A DNA stretch of 39,749 nucleotides from a virus (Duplodnaviria; Heunggongvirae; Uroviricota; Caudoviricetes), in IMG/VR virus record IMGVR_UViG_2541047827_000012; one strand, written 5' to 3'. Positions 27,013-34,767 of the stretch are shown here, in pieces. The position numbers and the translations under genes were made by a program. The stretch's first letter is position 1, and the number at the start of each line of letters is the position of its first letter. Below the pieces are notes generated by a model. That model was not told where the DNA came from. It ran no database searches and saw only the letters and a list, made by a program, of their open reading frames with translations.

Positions 27013-28488
27013 TTAAGCATACGGGTCATAATCTGTGATGGCCTTGCCTTGCTGGTTCTGCTGCCCAGGAATTCGCAGACGCTTCGACACAGGGAAAGCA
27101 AACGTCAGCAGTAGCGCATCGCCTTTACCAGGAGAACGCCCAAGCCGCTCCTTGATATCTTCCTTCGGTTCGATAACGATTTTACCGTCCACTCGAACTT
27201 TGTACTCTGCCGCAGACAGGTCGTCCGCTGTTTCCTGGTCATCCAGCATGCCGCCCAGCCTCAGCCATGTCTTGCATGAATTGAACATCTCCCCACGCTT
27301 GTTAAGCATCTGCGGGTCAGTAGACGCGCCACCGAACGGAACAAGTTGCCATGTACGACCCCAGCCATCACCGATTGACTTCAGACCAGTTCCGTAACCG
27401 AAGTCGATGAACACTGCGTCAGCCTGGTACTGGTCTTCAAAGTCAGCGATACGCTTCGCCATAATCAGATCGTCGGTAGTCTTGTTGCCAGTCCACAGCA
27501 CCTTACTGTGTAGCCCCTGCCGTAGGTATATCACCGCGTCATCAACGCCTGAATATGCCGGGTCAACACCGATTATCACCGGAGCATGCGCCACCTGCGC
27601 AGCGGTTACCACCCGTTTCATTGCCTCATCAGTAAGACCGGTAGGGATAAACTGCAATTCAGATGCATCAGGGAATATGCCGCGCACACGGATTTTAACG
27701 AAGTCGCTGTCTTCCCCGTAGTCATCAACCCATTTCTGCAACTGCTGTTTGTTAGTGCCTTCCACCGTCCGGCTGTCAATCTGCGCAGTTTTCCAGCGGT
27801 GTTTATATTTGCGGAAACATTCGCGGAAACGCCCGGTGTTACGTGTAGGGTTTCCGAACGCCACCCAGATAATCTCAGTGTCTTCGTCCGTAAGCGCACC
27901 CTCAGCAACTTCCCACACCAGATCCGCAATGTTCGACGCTTCATCGAATACCACGATGATGCGTTTGCGCTCGTTGTGTAGTCCGGCGAATGCCTCAGTG
28001 TTGTGCTCAGACCAGGGGATTGCGTCAGCTCGCCACCGCTTGTCGTGCCCAGGATCATTGCTGTACATCGCGGTAGCGGTACAGGTAAACCAGTCTTTCG
28101 TGATAGCAAGGTTCGACCACTTGATAATTTCCGGCCAGGTCTTCGTTCGTAGCTGGTTGTCGGTGTTGGCGGTCACCACGACCTTACAATCCTCGCAAGT
28201 GGACATGCCCCAGTTGATCAGCATTGAGATGAATGCGGATTTACCAATACCGTGACCAGAAGCGCGTGCCAGCATAAGCGGCTGATAGCGCGTCTCTGGA
28301 TTCTGCAGGTGATCACGTATCTCTCGGAACGCATCAGCCTGCCACTGACGTGGGCCGGTAGCATGTGCCAGTTCAGTCCCCTCTTCCCCCCACGGGAACG
28401 CATAGAGGGCATAGCCAAGCGGATCGTGAGTGAACCCTGCAATATCATCGATCAACTGCTCTTCAGGAGATAACGCTGTATCTGTCAC
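27013..28488 (-). CDS. Terminase large subunit
   Basis: P-loop ARASGHGIGKS and acidic nuclease-domain motifs; 491 aa; ATGA overlap with TerS stop. Confidence 0.9.
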   Translation of the reverse strand: MTDTALSPEEQLIDDIAGFTHDPLGYALYAFPWGEEGTELAHATGPRQWQADAFREIRDHLQNPETRYQPLMLARASGHGIGKSAFISMLINWGMSTCEDCKVVVTANTDNQLRTKTWPEIIKWSNLAITKDWFTCTATAMYSNDPGHDKRWRADAIPWSEHNTEAFAGLHNERKRIIVVFDEASNIADLVWEVAEGALTDEDTEIIWVAFGNPTRNTGRFRECFRKYKHRWKTAQIDSRTVEGTNKQQLQKWVDDYGEDSDFVKIRVRGIFPDASELQFIPTGLTDEAMKRVVTAAQVAHAPVIIGVDPAYSGVDDAVIYLRQGLHSKVLWTGNKTTDDLIMAKRIADFEDQYQADAVFIDFGYGTGLKSIGDGWGRTWQLVPFGGASTDPQMLNKRGEMFNSCKTWLRLGGMLDDQETADDLSAAEYKVRVDGKIVIEPKEDIKERLGRSPGKGDALLLTFAFPVSKRLRIPGQQNQQGKAITDYDPYA

Positions 28489-29081
28489 TGATTACCATCC
28501 TGACGTTCTTTGAGTCGCTTCCTGGCTGCTGCTATGCGATCAGCAATTGTCACATTCACATTAACATCCAGACGTTCTTTGAACGCGTTGACATCAACAT
28601 GCTTACCAATCAGCTCAAGGTTCTTCACCTTGTCAGGCCATTTAATTTTTTTGAGGATTGTCTCTATCGAATCCTCGTTCATGTTCATGATGGTCGATGA
28701 CAGATCAAAGCCACTAAGCGTAGTGCGCCAGATTTTCGGCCACTCACGGATTGGTTTAAGGCTCCCATCGTCGTTGAGGATGTCGATCACGTCCATCTGG
28801 TCGATCTCCACCAGGCGCATGAGAACGTAATCAGCACTGACGCGCATTCGTTTGTTGCGCTCCTCCATCAACTCGGCAATCCGTTTTTGAATGCGTTCAT
28901 CGCGCATCATGACACTGGCTTTAACTGCCGCTGTATTTGGGGAGAATCCTGCGTTAATCGCTGCCTGAGTCTGGTTTTCAGGCGTTTTGATGTATGACTG
29001 GCAATAAGCCTCCTGCATTGCTGTTAGTGGCTTAAATTGCGTTGATTTGCGTTTATAGGTTTTAGGTTCAGCAGGCATCAT
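28485..29081 (-). CDS. Terminase small subunit
   Basis: Start set at internal ATG 29081 because the track N-terminal extension runs through upstream direct repeats; typical TerS size and position. Confidence 0.65.
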   Translation of the reverse strand: MMPAEPKTYKRKSTQFKPLTAMQEAYCQSYIKTPENQTQAAINAGFSPNTAAVKASVMMRDERIQKRIAELMEERNKRMRVSADYVLMRLVEIDQMDVIDILNDDGSLKPIREWPKIWRTTLSGFDLSSTIMNMNEDSIETILKKIKWPDKVKNLELIGKHVDVNAFKERLDVNVNVTIADRIAAARKRLKERQDGNQ

Positions 29082-29088
29082 AACCACC

Positions 29089-29120
29089 GTGGTAATAGTT
29101 ACCGTTGTGGTAATAGTACC
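29089..29120. repeat. Direct repeat GTGGTAATAGT(T)ACC x2 upstream of TerS
   Basis: Two copies at 29089-29103 and 29107-29120; each contains GGTAA-N3-(T)TACC, the operator half-sites in inverted order. Confidence 0.6.
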
Positions 29121-29122
29121 AT

Positions 29123-29150
29123 GCAAAATAAAGCCGCCATAGTTGGCGGC
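29123..29150 (-). terminator. Rho-independent terminator upstream of the TerS/late operon
   Basis: GCCGCC-aactat-GGCGGC hairpin followed on the minus strand by TTTATTTTGC; 42 nt before the TerS start. Confidence 0.55.
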
Positions 29151-29191
29151 AGTATTCAAAACCCATCAAATTCATCATGCATAATCTACTC

Positions 29192-29203
29192 GTGACATGT
29201 CAC
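29192..29203. repeat. 12-bp palindrome GTGACATGTCAC (copy 3 of 3)
   Basis: Exact 12-mer overlapping the stop codon of 29200..29541, about 40 nt upstream (minus direction) of the terminator at 29123-29150. Confidence 0.8.
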
Positions 29204-29541
29204 ACTATTAATTTCGTTTCATGCCAGCCTTTAGTCACCCAGCATTGCGAGTCACCATTGCACGGGCATGAATTAACTGGAACTCTCTCGCCGCACTTAC
29301 CGCAACGTTTTCTGCTGATCGATTTTATACGCCCGCGCACGCGTGCATCATCCTGGCGGATCAGTAACGCTATATACTCACCAAATTCGTAAGGTGCACG
29401 CCCGGGGCGACGCGTGGCACAGTTACGCTCCAGCATTTCAATTTCCTGAGCATCAAGCACAATCTCCAGCTTACGCACACCAGATGCAGCTTGTCTGGCT
29501 CTCTGAGCGGCTTTGCGCTCTGCTGCTGATTTAGCCATCAA
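29200..29541 (-). CDS. Small Arg-rich protein with C-terminal Cys cluster (putative zinc-finger regulator)
   Basis: 113 aa; C-terminus CGKCGERVPVNSCPCNGDSQC (C-x2-C...C-x-C); last gene before the late-operon terminator. Confidence 0.5.
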   Translation of the reverse strand: MMAKSAAERKAAQRARQAASGVRKLEIVLDAQEIEMLERNCATRRPGRAPYEFGEYIALLIRQDDARVRGRIKSISRKRCGKCGERVPVNSCPCNGDSQCWVTKGWHETKLIV

Positions 29542-29818
29542 TATTCACCTTTATCGCGAACACCTTTACCGGTTTATCACCGAAGTGCGGATGTGTGATT
29601 GTCTTGATTTCATACCCTTCATACGGGACGTCAATTCTTCGACTGAAGTCGTCGCGCTTCGGATATCCCTTTGTGATAATCAGGAGGTCATACTCCCTGA
29701 ACATAATTCGCTTATTCCAGTAGTCATTACACAGGCGATACTCCTCGGTTTTCTCTCCGCGCTTCATCGCGTCAAAGTATTCGCCATTAACGGCCAACTG
29801 TAGATCAGCCACCTGCAA
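29531..29818 (-). CDS. ASCH/DUF3850-like small phage protein
   Basis: Pattern VNGEYFDAMKRGEKTEEYRL...YDLLIITKGYP resembles the DUF3850/ASCH fold family by recollection. Confidence 0.45.
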   Translation of the reverse strand: MQVADLQLAVNGEYFDAMKRGEKTEEYRLCNDYWNKRIMFREYDLLIITKGYPKRDDFSRRIDVPYEGYEIKTITHPHFGDKPVKVFAIKVNIDG

Positions 29819-30332
29819 CCTCCTCCCGTCCTACTGGCGGAAGCATATAAAACCAGTGGGTCGCGTCTCTGCAAACTGTCTTAAAGAGCGAGGCGGGCAC
29901 GAAGCGGTAGCGCATATCTTCATGGTTGGTAGGTGTGAACGCGCACACGCGCTTTTCGCTAGACGGATCCGGCATTTCTTCGAAGCGGGAGATCCAACTA
30001 TCCGGAGTTACCGGAGAGTTGCCATTTATATCGAAGTTTGGCTCTGCGTCCTGAACCAGGAGGATGTAACCATTCTTGGCAGTATCAAGTTCTAACGCCT
30101 CGGTGACGGTACCGAAATAGCGATTACCTAAATCCGCATCACAAGTGCTTACATCAATGGAAACCTCCATGCCTTCGATTAATTCTGGCAAGTTGTAAGT
30201 TTGGCTTACAGGTTCTGCTCCCAGTGATGCCAGTGCAATTCGTGCCAGTTCCATTTGTTCGCCACGAGTAAGCCCGTTTTCAAGCGGATTTTTAATGAAT
30301 AATTCGATACGTTCTTTGGTAATAGTGGTCAT
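29805..30332 (-). CDS. Hypothetical phage protein (175 aa)
   Basis: SD AAGGTGA before ATG 30332. Confidence 0.55.
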   Translation of the reverse strand: MTTITKERIELFIKNPLENGLTRGEQMELARIALASLGAEPVSQTYNLPELIEGMEVSIDVSTCDADLGNRYFGTVTEALELDTAKNGYILLVQDAEPNFDINGNSPVTPDSWISRFEEMPDPSSEKRVCAFTPTNHEDMRYRFVPASLFKTVCRDATHWFYMLPPVGREEVAGG

Positions 30333-30334
30333 AG

Positions 30335-30526
30335 CTATTTCACCTTAATCTCAACATTTCGCAGCTTTAGCTCTACTGGCAGGTCTGACTTTCCTGTTAA
30401 TGCTAATGCGAGATTTTCTGGGGTAATGAGAGCAGTTATTGCTTTCCCCATTGCCAGACGAATAATTATTCGTATTTCGCGATCGTCACATGCTCCTGGT
30501 CGAACGATTGATATTTGTCCGTCCAT
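30335..30526 (-). CDS. Hypothetical small protein (63 aa)
   Basis: Start set at ATG 30526 (SD AAGGAG; 1-nt gap to upstream stop) rather than track start 30577. Confidence 0.4.
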   Translation of the reverse strand: MDGQISIVRPGACDDREIRIIIRLAMGKAITALITPENLALALTGKSDLPVELKLRNVEIKVK

Positions 30527-30527
30527 C

Positions 30528-31181
30528 TCACTCTCCTTTGATGCGAATGCCAGCGGCGCGGATTGCAGCGATGACATCAGAAACTTTGTATGCCATTACC
30601 GTTTGGTAATCATCGTGAAAATCTGTTCGATGAAGCATGCTGCTACGTTCCGGGAGCAGTATTTCCCGCTCCTCCAGTTCTGCTATGCGCTTACTTCCAT
30701 CCGCGATTACTCCCTCGTAATATTCACGCTGCTCGTTGAGTCTTGATTTTGCTGCTTCAAGCTCAACGCGCAGCTTCCCTACCGTTAGCGCAATTTCCTC
30801 GTTCTCCTGGTCGCGGGATTTGATGTATTGCTGGTTCCTTTCCCGTTCATCCAGTAGTGCCAAAGCAACCTTTGGATTAAAGGCAGCAATAAATTCAGCG
30901 TTGTTTTTCAGAACGTGTTGCGCAATCGCCTGACTACTTAGTCGGACCTCATAACCACGTGCGCCACGGTTGATAACCTTGATTTCGTCCATAGCGCCAG
31001 ACTTCAGCCCCGCATTCTCCGCCGCCAGCGCATTAGCACGCGCCAGTTGCACTTCCAGTTGCGTTGCCAAATCGCTGATCAGCTTTGCCACACTGCGCAT
31101 ATCAACGGCACCACATTCTGCTTTCAGTTCCGAAGCCATCTCATGCCCGGCGGCAACTAACCCTTTGATATTACTTTCCAT
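30528..31181 (-). CDS. Hypothetical coiled-coil protein (217 aa)
   Basis: Long predicted coiled-coil segments; early/nin-like region. Confidence 0.5.
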   Translation of the reverse strand: MESNIKGLVAAGHEMASELKAECGAVDMRSVAKLISDLATQLEVQLARANALAAENAGLKSGAMDEIKVINRGARGYEVRLSSQAIAQHVLKNNAEFIAAFNPKVALALLDERERNQQYIKSRDQENEEIALTVGKLRVELEAAKSRLNEQREYYEGVIADGSKRIAELEEREILLPERSSMLHRTDFHDDYQTVMAYKVSDVIAAIRAAGIRIKGE

Positions 31182-31242
31182 CTTTACCCTCGCTTATCCA
31201 CATAACTTATTGATTACATTGATAACTAAAAAGATCGTCGAT

Positions 31243-31587
31243 TCAGAACTCTTCGATGTTCCAGCCACCACCTGCTTTCTTTGGTTTAACCGTTACCCCG
31301 ATGATTCGGAACGGATACTGATCTGCGGCGACTTTGGTTTTCACCCTGGCGTCGTCGGTCCAGAAACCTTTCACTTCGTGCAGTTCCATCTCGCCGGTGA
31401 CGAGCATCACAGCGAAATCGGGCGTATAGAACGTGTTGTCAGCTAACCGCAGCTTGATACCCTCGAATCGATACCAGGCGATTTCCCCTGCACGTTTACG
31501 CTGCTCAAGGTGCTGGCAATACGCAGATTCTGTTTTGTTCATCTGGCCTGTTTTGAGTCGACCAAGAGCCTGTATCTGTTTTCTCAT
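31243..31587 (-). CDS. Putative PD-(D/E)XK-fold nuclease (114 aa)
   Basis: Motif YTPDFAVMLVTGEMELHEVKG resembles the D...E-x-K nuclease core; SD GAGG lies within the palindromic site at 31591-31605. Confidence 0.45.
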   Translation of the reverse strand: MRKQIQALGRLKTGQMNKTESAYCQHLEQRKRAGEIAWYRFEGIKLRLADNTFYTPDFAVMLVTGEMELHEVKGFWTDDARVKTKVAADQYPFRIIGVTVKPKKAGGGWNIEEF

Positions 31588-31590
31588 GAT

Positions 31591-31605
31591 TTACCTCTGA
31601 GGTAA
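31591..31605. promoter_or_regulatory. Operator-like palindrome TTACCTCTGAGGTAA
   Basis: Perfect TTACC-N5-GGTAA, 4 bp upstream of the nuclease start codon and overlapping its RBS. Confidence 0.55.
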
Positions 31606-31652
31606 TTAAAAACCACATAAGACACTAAATCAATAGAATTTAGAATATTTTG

Positions 31653-31667
31653 TTACCCAATAGGTAA
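31653..31667. promoter_or_regulatory. Operator-like palindrome TTACCCAATAGGTAA
   Basis: Perfect TTACC-N5-GGTAA in the 117-bp gap between the P-like and nuclease genes. Confidence 0.55.
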
Positions 31668-31704
31668 CTATCGAGGCGTAAAAAAATGCGCTATCGCGCT
31701 GGTA

Positions 31705-32505
31705 TTACTTGATAAATCCTGCCGCCTTTCCCCGCCTGTATTCCTCCATCAGCCACTGCGCCGGTGTTATTCCCCCAAGGGTGGCGGCGTTAGGCATGCA
31801 CCCGAAACTTCGCCCTGGCGGGTGGTAAACGTCTCTCCCTGTGTCCGGAGGTGTACTCATGGGTTCTGGCTTTGCCTGTATGCTGATCACCGGATCGGGT
31901 ATCTGCTGTCCGGAAGCCACCTTTTTCGCCCAATCATCGAGCAGCCTGCGCGCGTGTTTCTCAACCTCAATCTCGCTAAGCTGGCGCTGATACATTGCAC
32001 GGCGGGTATCACATACGACCCAGTACATAACCGGATGTCGCCACGGGAATCTTTCGGGACCGCCAGGATATAAACTTTTTTCCTTGCTGTACCGGTGAAA
32101 CTCCGCCATCACATCGTCAATGGTGACGCCAAGAACCATCTTGCTGTCTTTGCACCACTTGATGAATTGCCCTGGCGACGGCCAGAACGGAGATTCACTG
32201 GCGCGGGCGTGGCGCATACCAGCAGAAACCTGTTCACGGGTTCGGATCCCCCCTTCGGCAAACGCAGCAATCCACTGCTGTTTTGCAGCAACTTCCTGCT
32301 CTGGCGTCTTCAGGTTGGTTACCACTGCCGCCGGAAACAGTTGTTTCAGCTGTTTAAAAAGGGCATCAACAAGCCTCTCTGCTGACATGTTCACCACATT
32401 GTCATTGTTGACGTATTGATGCTCATAACCTGACATGCGAGAAAGGGCTTCTCCGTCACGGTTTTGTATCGCGGTAAAAACGTTGTTCACAAGAAATCCT
32501 CCCAT
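31705..32505 (-). CDS. Replication protein P-like (DnaB helicase loader)
   Basis: Central region ...QQWIAAFAEGGIRTREQVSAGMRHARASESPFWPSPGQFIKWCKD... closely parallels lambda P as I recall it. Confidence 0.75.
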   Translation of the reverse strand: MGGFLVNNVFTAIQNRDGEALSRMSGYEHQYVNNDNVVNMSAERLVDALFKQLKQLFPAAVVTNLKTPEQEVAAKQQWIAAFAEGGIRTREQVSAGMRHARASESPFWPSPGQFIKWCKDSKMVLGVTIDDVMAEFHRYSKEKSLYPGGPERFPWRHPVMYWVVCDTRRAMYQRQLSEIEVEKHARRLLDDWAKKVASGQQIPDPVISIQAKPEPMSTPPDTGRDVYHPPGRSFGCMPNAATLGGITPAQWLMEEYRRGKAAGFIK

Positions 32506-33278
32506 GCTTCAGGGCTGTTCCAGTGCGGAACGTTGTTATCAGGTAATGTTGATTGCTTCTGTCTGCTAATCTGCAGCCGCCTTGCCAGCTTCTGCTCCCA
32601 CTGTGCCTGATGGTATGCCTTACCCTCAGCCATCCAGTAAATTCTGAACTCTGCAAGTTCCTGTGCCGTTGGCAGACTGTCCAGGTAGATCCCCTGCAAT
32701 GAGCTTTTCCGAAGAAAGTCATCTGATGGCTGCCATTGTTCATGCATGACAAATTTGCCTAATTGCCCTGGCCCACCAGGAGGAACAAAGTTATTCATCA
32801 CGGCGTTGTTTGCGCCGGGGTCATGAGGCACAGAATCCCCGCTTTTTGTCCTGCTCTCCCTCTCTTGGTTAAATGACTGGTTATATGACTGGTTCTGGAT
32901 CCCGTTTTTGGGATCATTCAACATCCCGTTTTTGGGTATATTCCCTTTTTCGGTAACATTACCGTTTTCGGGTTCATTGCCCCCCTCTCGGTTGCCTTTA
33001 ATGTTCCCGTTTTTGGTTATATTAAGAGAGAAAACCCGCACTCTTTTTGTCGCTCCCTTTCTCTCCCCGGTATCTGAAATAAGCCCCATTTTCATGAGCG
33101 ATATAAGTCCGGCCTGCACGGTTTTTTTATTCAGGCAAGTGTCTTTAACGAGGCGTTCTATGCTGGGGTAGCAGAGGTTATATTCATCGGCTCTGTCAGC
33201 CATCGAGAGCAGTATGAGCTTTAATGACGAGCTACCTGGATCTGTCTCCCAGGCCCAATCTGTTGCATGTCTGCTCAT
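32487..33278 (-). CDS. Replication initiator (lambda O-like / DnaD-like HTH), contains the origin
   Basis: N-terminal HTH-like segment, low-complexity Asn/Gly/Lys linker encoded by iteron DNA, conserved C-terminal domain; overlaps P-like gene start. Confidence 0.65.
   Translation of the reverse strand: MSRHATDWAWETDPGSSSLKLILLSMADRADEYNLCYPSIERLVKDTCLNKKTVQAGLISLMKMGLISDTGERKGATKRVRVFSLNITKNGNIKGNREGGNEPENGNVTEKGNIPKNGMLNDPKNGIQNQSYNQSFNQERESRTKSGDSVPHDPGANNAVMNNFVPPGGPGQLGKFVMHEQWQPSDDFLRKSSLQGIYLDSLPTAQELAEFRIYWMAEGKAYHQAQWEQKLARRLQISRQKQSTLPDNNVPHWNSPEAWEDFL
32866..33020. repeat. Putative replication origin: five iteron-like repeats (CCCGTTTTTGG) plus tandem ATGACTGGTT repeats
   Basis: Iteron cores at 32901-32911, 32925-32935, 32943-32953 (CCCTTTTTCGG), 32961-32971 (ACCGTTTTCGG), 33006-33016; tandem ATGACTGGTT at 32873-32882 and 32885-32894; all inside the O-like linker region as in lambda ori. 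Confidence 0.6.
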
Positions 33279-33293
33279 GATTAATCTCCGCTA

Positions 33294-33494
33294 TCAGCTT
33301 GAATGTTGTGGGGAGGAATTAATCATGATCTGCTTAATCTCTGCCCTGATACGACGGTTTGATTCCATGGTGCACTCAACACAGTGTCCGTTGTAAACCC
33401 AGCGTTCACTGTCATGTCCGTGCTTACATGTTTTTCCGGTGTAGTAGCGTTTAAGTCCGCGCTTTGCGGCATCAATACGTGTAATGATTTCCAT
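33294..33494 (-). CDS. Small Cys/His-containing protein (66 aa), hypothetical
   Basis: Start set at ATG 33494 (SD-like AGGG); motif C-K-H-G-H...C-V-E-C; the two upstream in-frame ATGs lack RBS. Confidence 0.4.
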   Translation of the reverse strand: MEIITRIDAAKRGLKRYYTGKTCKHGHDSERWVYNGHCVECTMESNRRIRAEIKQIMINSSPQHSS

Positions 33495-33574
33495 GGTAAG
33501 CCCTGTTATTAGTATTGGGATTACGGTCATTTTGTGCTGACACAAAAAAAATATCAACCAGATTTGGTTTTTTA

Positions 33575-33589
33575 TTACCTTTGAGGTAC
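33575..33589. promoter_or_regulatory. Operator-like site TTACCTTTGAGGTAC (one mismatch)
   Basis: TTACC-N5-GGTAc between the Cro-like terminator and the next early gene. Confidence 0.4.
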
Positions 33590-33593
33590 GAAT

Positions 33594-33622
33594 AGATATG
33601 AAAAGACCGCCGGGTGGCGGTC
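33594..33622 (-). terminator. Rho-independent terminator after the Cro-like gene (tR1-like position)
   Basis: GACCGCC-ggg? hairpin (GACCGCC/GGCGGTC at 33605-33622) followed on the minus strand by TTTTCAT. Confidence 0.5.
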
Positions 33623-33644
33623 TACAGAGGGTTGTAGCTGGATA

Positions 33645-33875
33645 TCATGAGTAGAAGAAGTATGCCAGTTCTGCTTTTGAGCGCAGCCATTGTCTTGTTT
33701 TACAGGCTTTAAAAAGCCCATTCATCAATACTTTACCTGGCATTTTGCGCTTACCTGTTAAGTGAGTCTGGATATAGTGACTCGTCGTTCCGGCTTCCTG
33801 TGCGAAGGCTTCACGCTCATCCGGAGTAAGTGCAAGCCAGTGCTTTTTGAAATCGAAATGTCCGTTATCGCTCAT
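33645..33875 (-). CDS. Cro-like HTH regulator (YdaS/Cro family)
   Basis: 76 aa; ...EREAFAQEAGTTSHYIQTHLTGKRKMPGK... parallels the lambda Cro HTH; divergent from the repressor gene across a three-operator region. Confidence 0.6.
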   Translation of the reverse strand: MSDNGHFDFKKHWLALTPDEREAFAQEAGTTSHYIQTHLTGKRKMPGKVLMNGLFKACKTRQWLRSKAELAYFFYS

Positions 33876-33911
33876 AGCTATTGCCTGATATTTATTTCAG
33901 ATAATAAATAT

Positions 33912-33974
33912 TCACCCATAAGGTAACAAAAATCAAGGATAGTTACCTATGAGGTGCATTTACCTGTTGGGTAA
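33912..33974. promoter_or_regulatory. Three clustered operator sites between the Cro-like and repressor genes (OR-like)
   Basis: 33912-33926 tCACC-N5-GGTAA, 33943-33957 TTACC-N5-GGTgc, 33960-33974 TTACC-N5-GGTAA; centre spacings 31 and 17 bp. Confidence 0.6.
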
Positions 33975-34029
33975 TATTGCTTTAAATTGAATCATCTACT
34001 GATTCATATATGAGGCGATTTTCCAGAAA

Positions 34030-34614
34030 ATGAAAAGTATCCAGGACGTCCGCAGGCAAAATCTCAACGACTTGATCGACCGTGAATTCAATGGTGTTCA
34101 GACGCGGATGGCAGAAAAACTTGGAACTCAGGCAAATCTGGTAAACCGCTGGGCTCTTGGCAAGAAGGTTATCGGCGACCAGGTTGCACGAAAAATTGAA
34201 GCTGCCGCCAATAAACCCCGTAACTGGCTTGATATTGATCGCTCGCTTTCTCAGGAGGGTTTTCAGCCTGTCGGCCCGAGCGATATAGGTCAGCTGGCGG
34301 CTCACAACCTGGAACGCTGGATGAGCGAAAGCCGCGACCTTTCAACGCAGGGAAAACTACACCGCGCATCCGGCGTCGCCCAGGTGACAATCAGCCGCCT
34401 GTTAAACAATGAGGTCAGCGTTTCCATTTCCACCCTGGAGAATGTTGCATCCGCATTCGGGCGTCACGGCTATGAATTACTGATTCACCCGCACGACCCT
34501 GCGACCATCAACTATGATCGCTCGCGCTACGCATTGTTACCCGAAACCGAGAAAGCAAAGATCGAAAGTTACATTGAATTTGTCATCAACCAGAACGAAA
34601 AAAACAAACAATAA
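34030..34614 (+). CDS. Prophage repressor, double-HTH, no S24 peptidase domain (CI-like position)
   Basis: 194 aa with two HTH-like segments; no Ala-Gly cleavage site or Ser/Lys peptidase motifs seen; flanked by operator clusters; followed by a terminator. Confidence 0.65.
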   Translation: MKSIQDVRRQNLNDLIDREFNGVQTRMAEKLGTQANLVNRWALGKKVIGDQVARKIEAAANKPRNWLDIDRSLSQEGFQPVGPSDIGQLAAHNLERWMSESRDLSTQGKLHRASGVAQVTISRLLNNEVSVSISTLENVASAFGRHGYELLIHPHDPATINYDRSRYALLPETEKAKIESYIEFVINQNEKNKQ

Positions 34615-34636
34615 AATCATATTTTTCAGTAAGTAA

Positions 34637-34658
34637 GCCGCCAGAAGGCGGCTTTTTT
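34637..34658 (+). terminator. Rho-independent terminator after the repressor gene
   Basis: GCCGCC-agaa-GGCGGC hairpin followed by TTTTTT. Confidence 0.7.
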
Positions 34659-34671
34659 ATTGCCTATTCGA

Positions 34672-34686
34672 TTACCTAATGGGTAA
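34672..34686. promoter_or_regulatory. Operator-like palindrome TTACCTAATGGGTAA (OL-like, distal)
   Basis: Perfect TTACC-N5-GGTAA upstream of the TTGACA hexamer at 34706-34711. Confidence 0.55.
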
Positions 34687-34733
34687 TTTTTTTAACTCAT
34701 ATCTATTGACATCAAACCAGATACGCATAATTA

Positions 34734-34748
34734 TTACCTCAACGGTAA
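34734..34748. promoter_or_regulatory. Operator-like palindrome TTACCTCAACGGTAA overlapping the early rightward promoter (OL-like, proximal)
   Basis: Perfect TTACC-N5-GGTAA just downstream of TTGACA-N17 and followed by a GGTAAC half-site within the RBS of the first early ORF. Confidence 0.55.
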
Positions 34749-34767
34749 CAGACCGAGGTAACAAGTT

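Noticed and set aside
34030-34614. RecA-cleavable CI-type repressor
   Set aside because: No Ala-Gly cleavage site or Ser/Lys S24 peptidase motifs seen; the C-terminal half looks like a second HTH domain.
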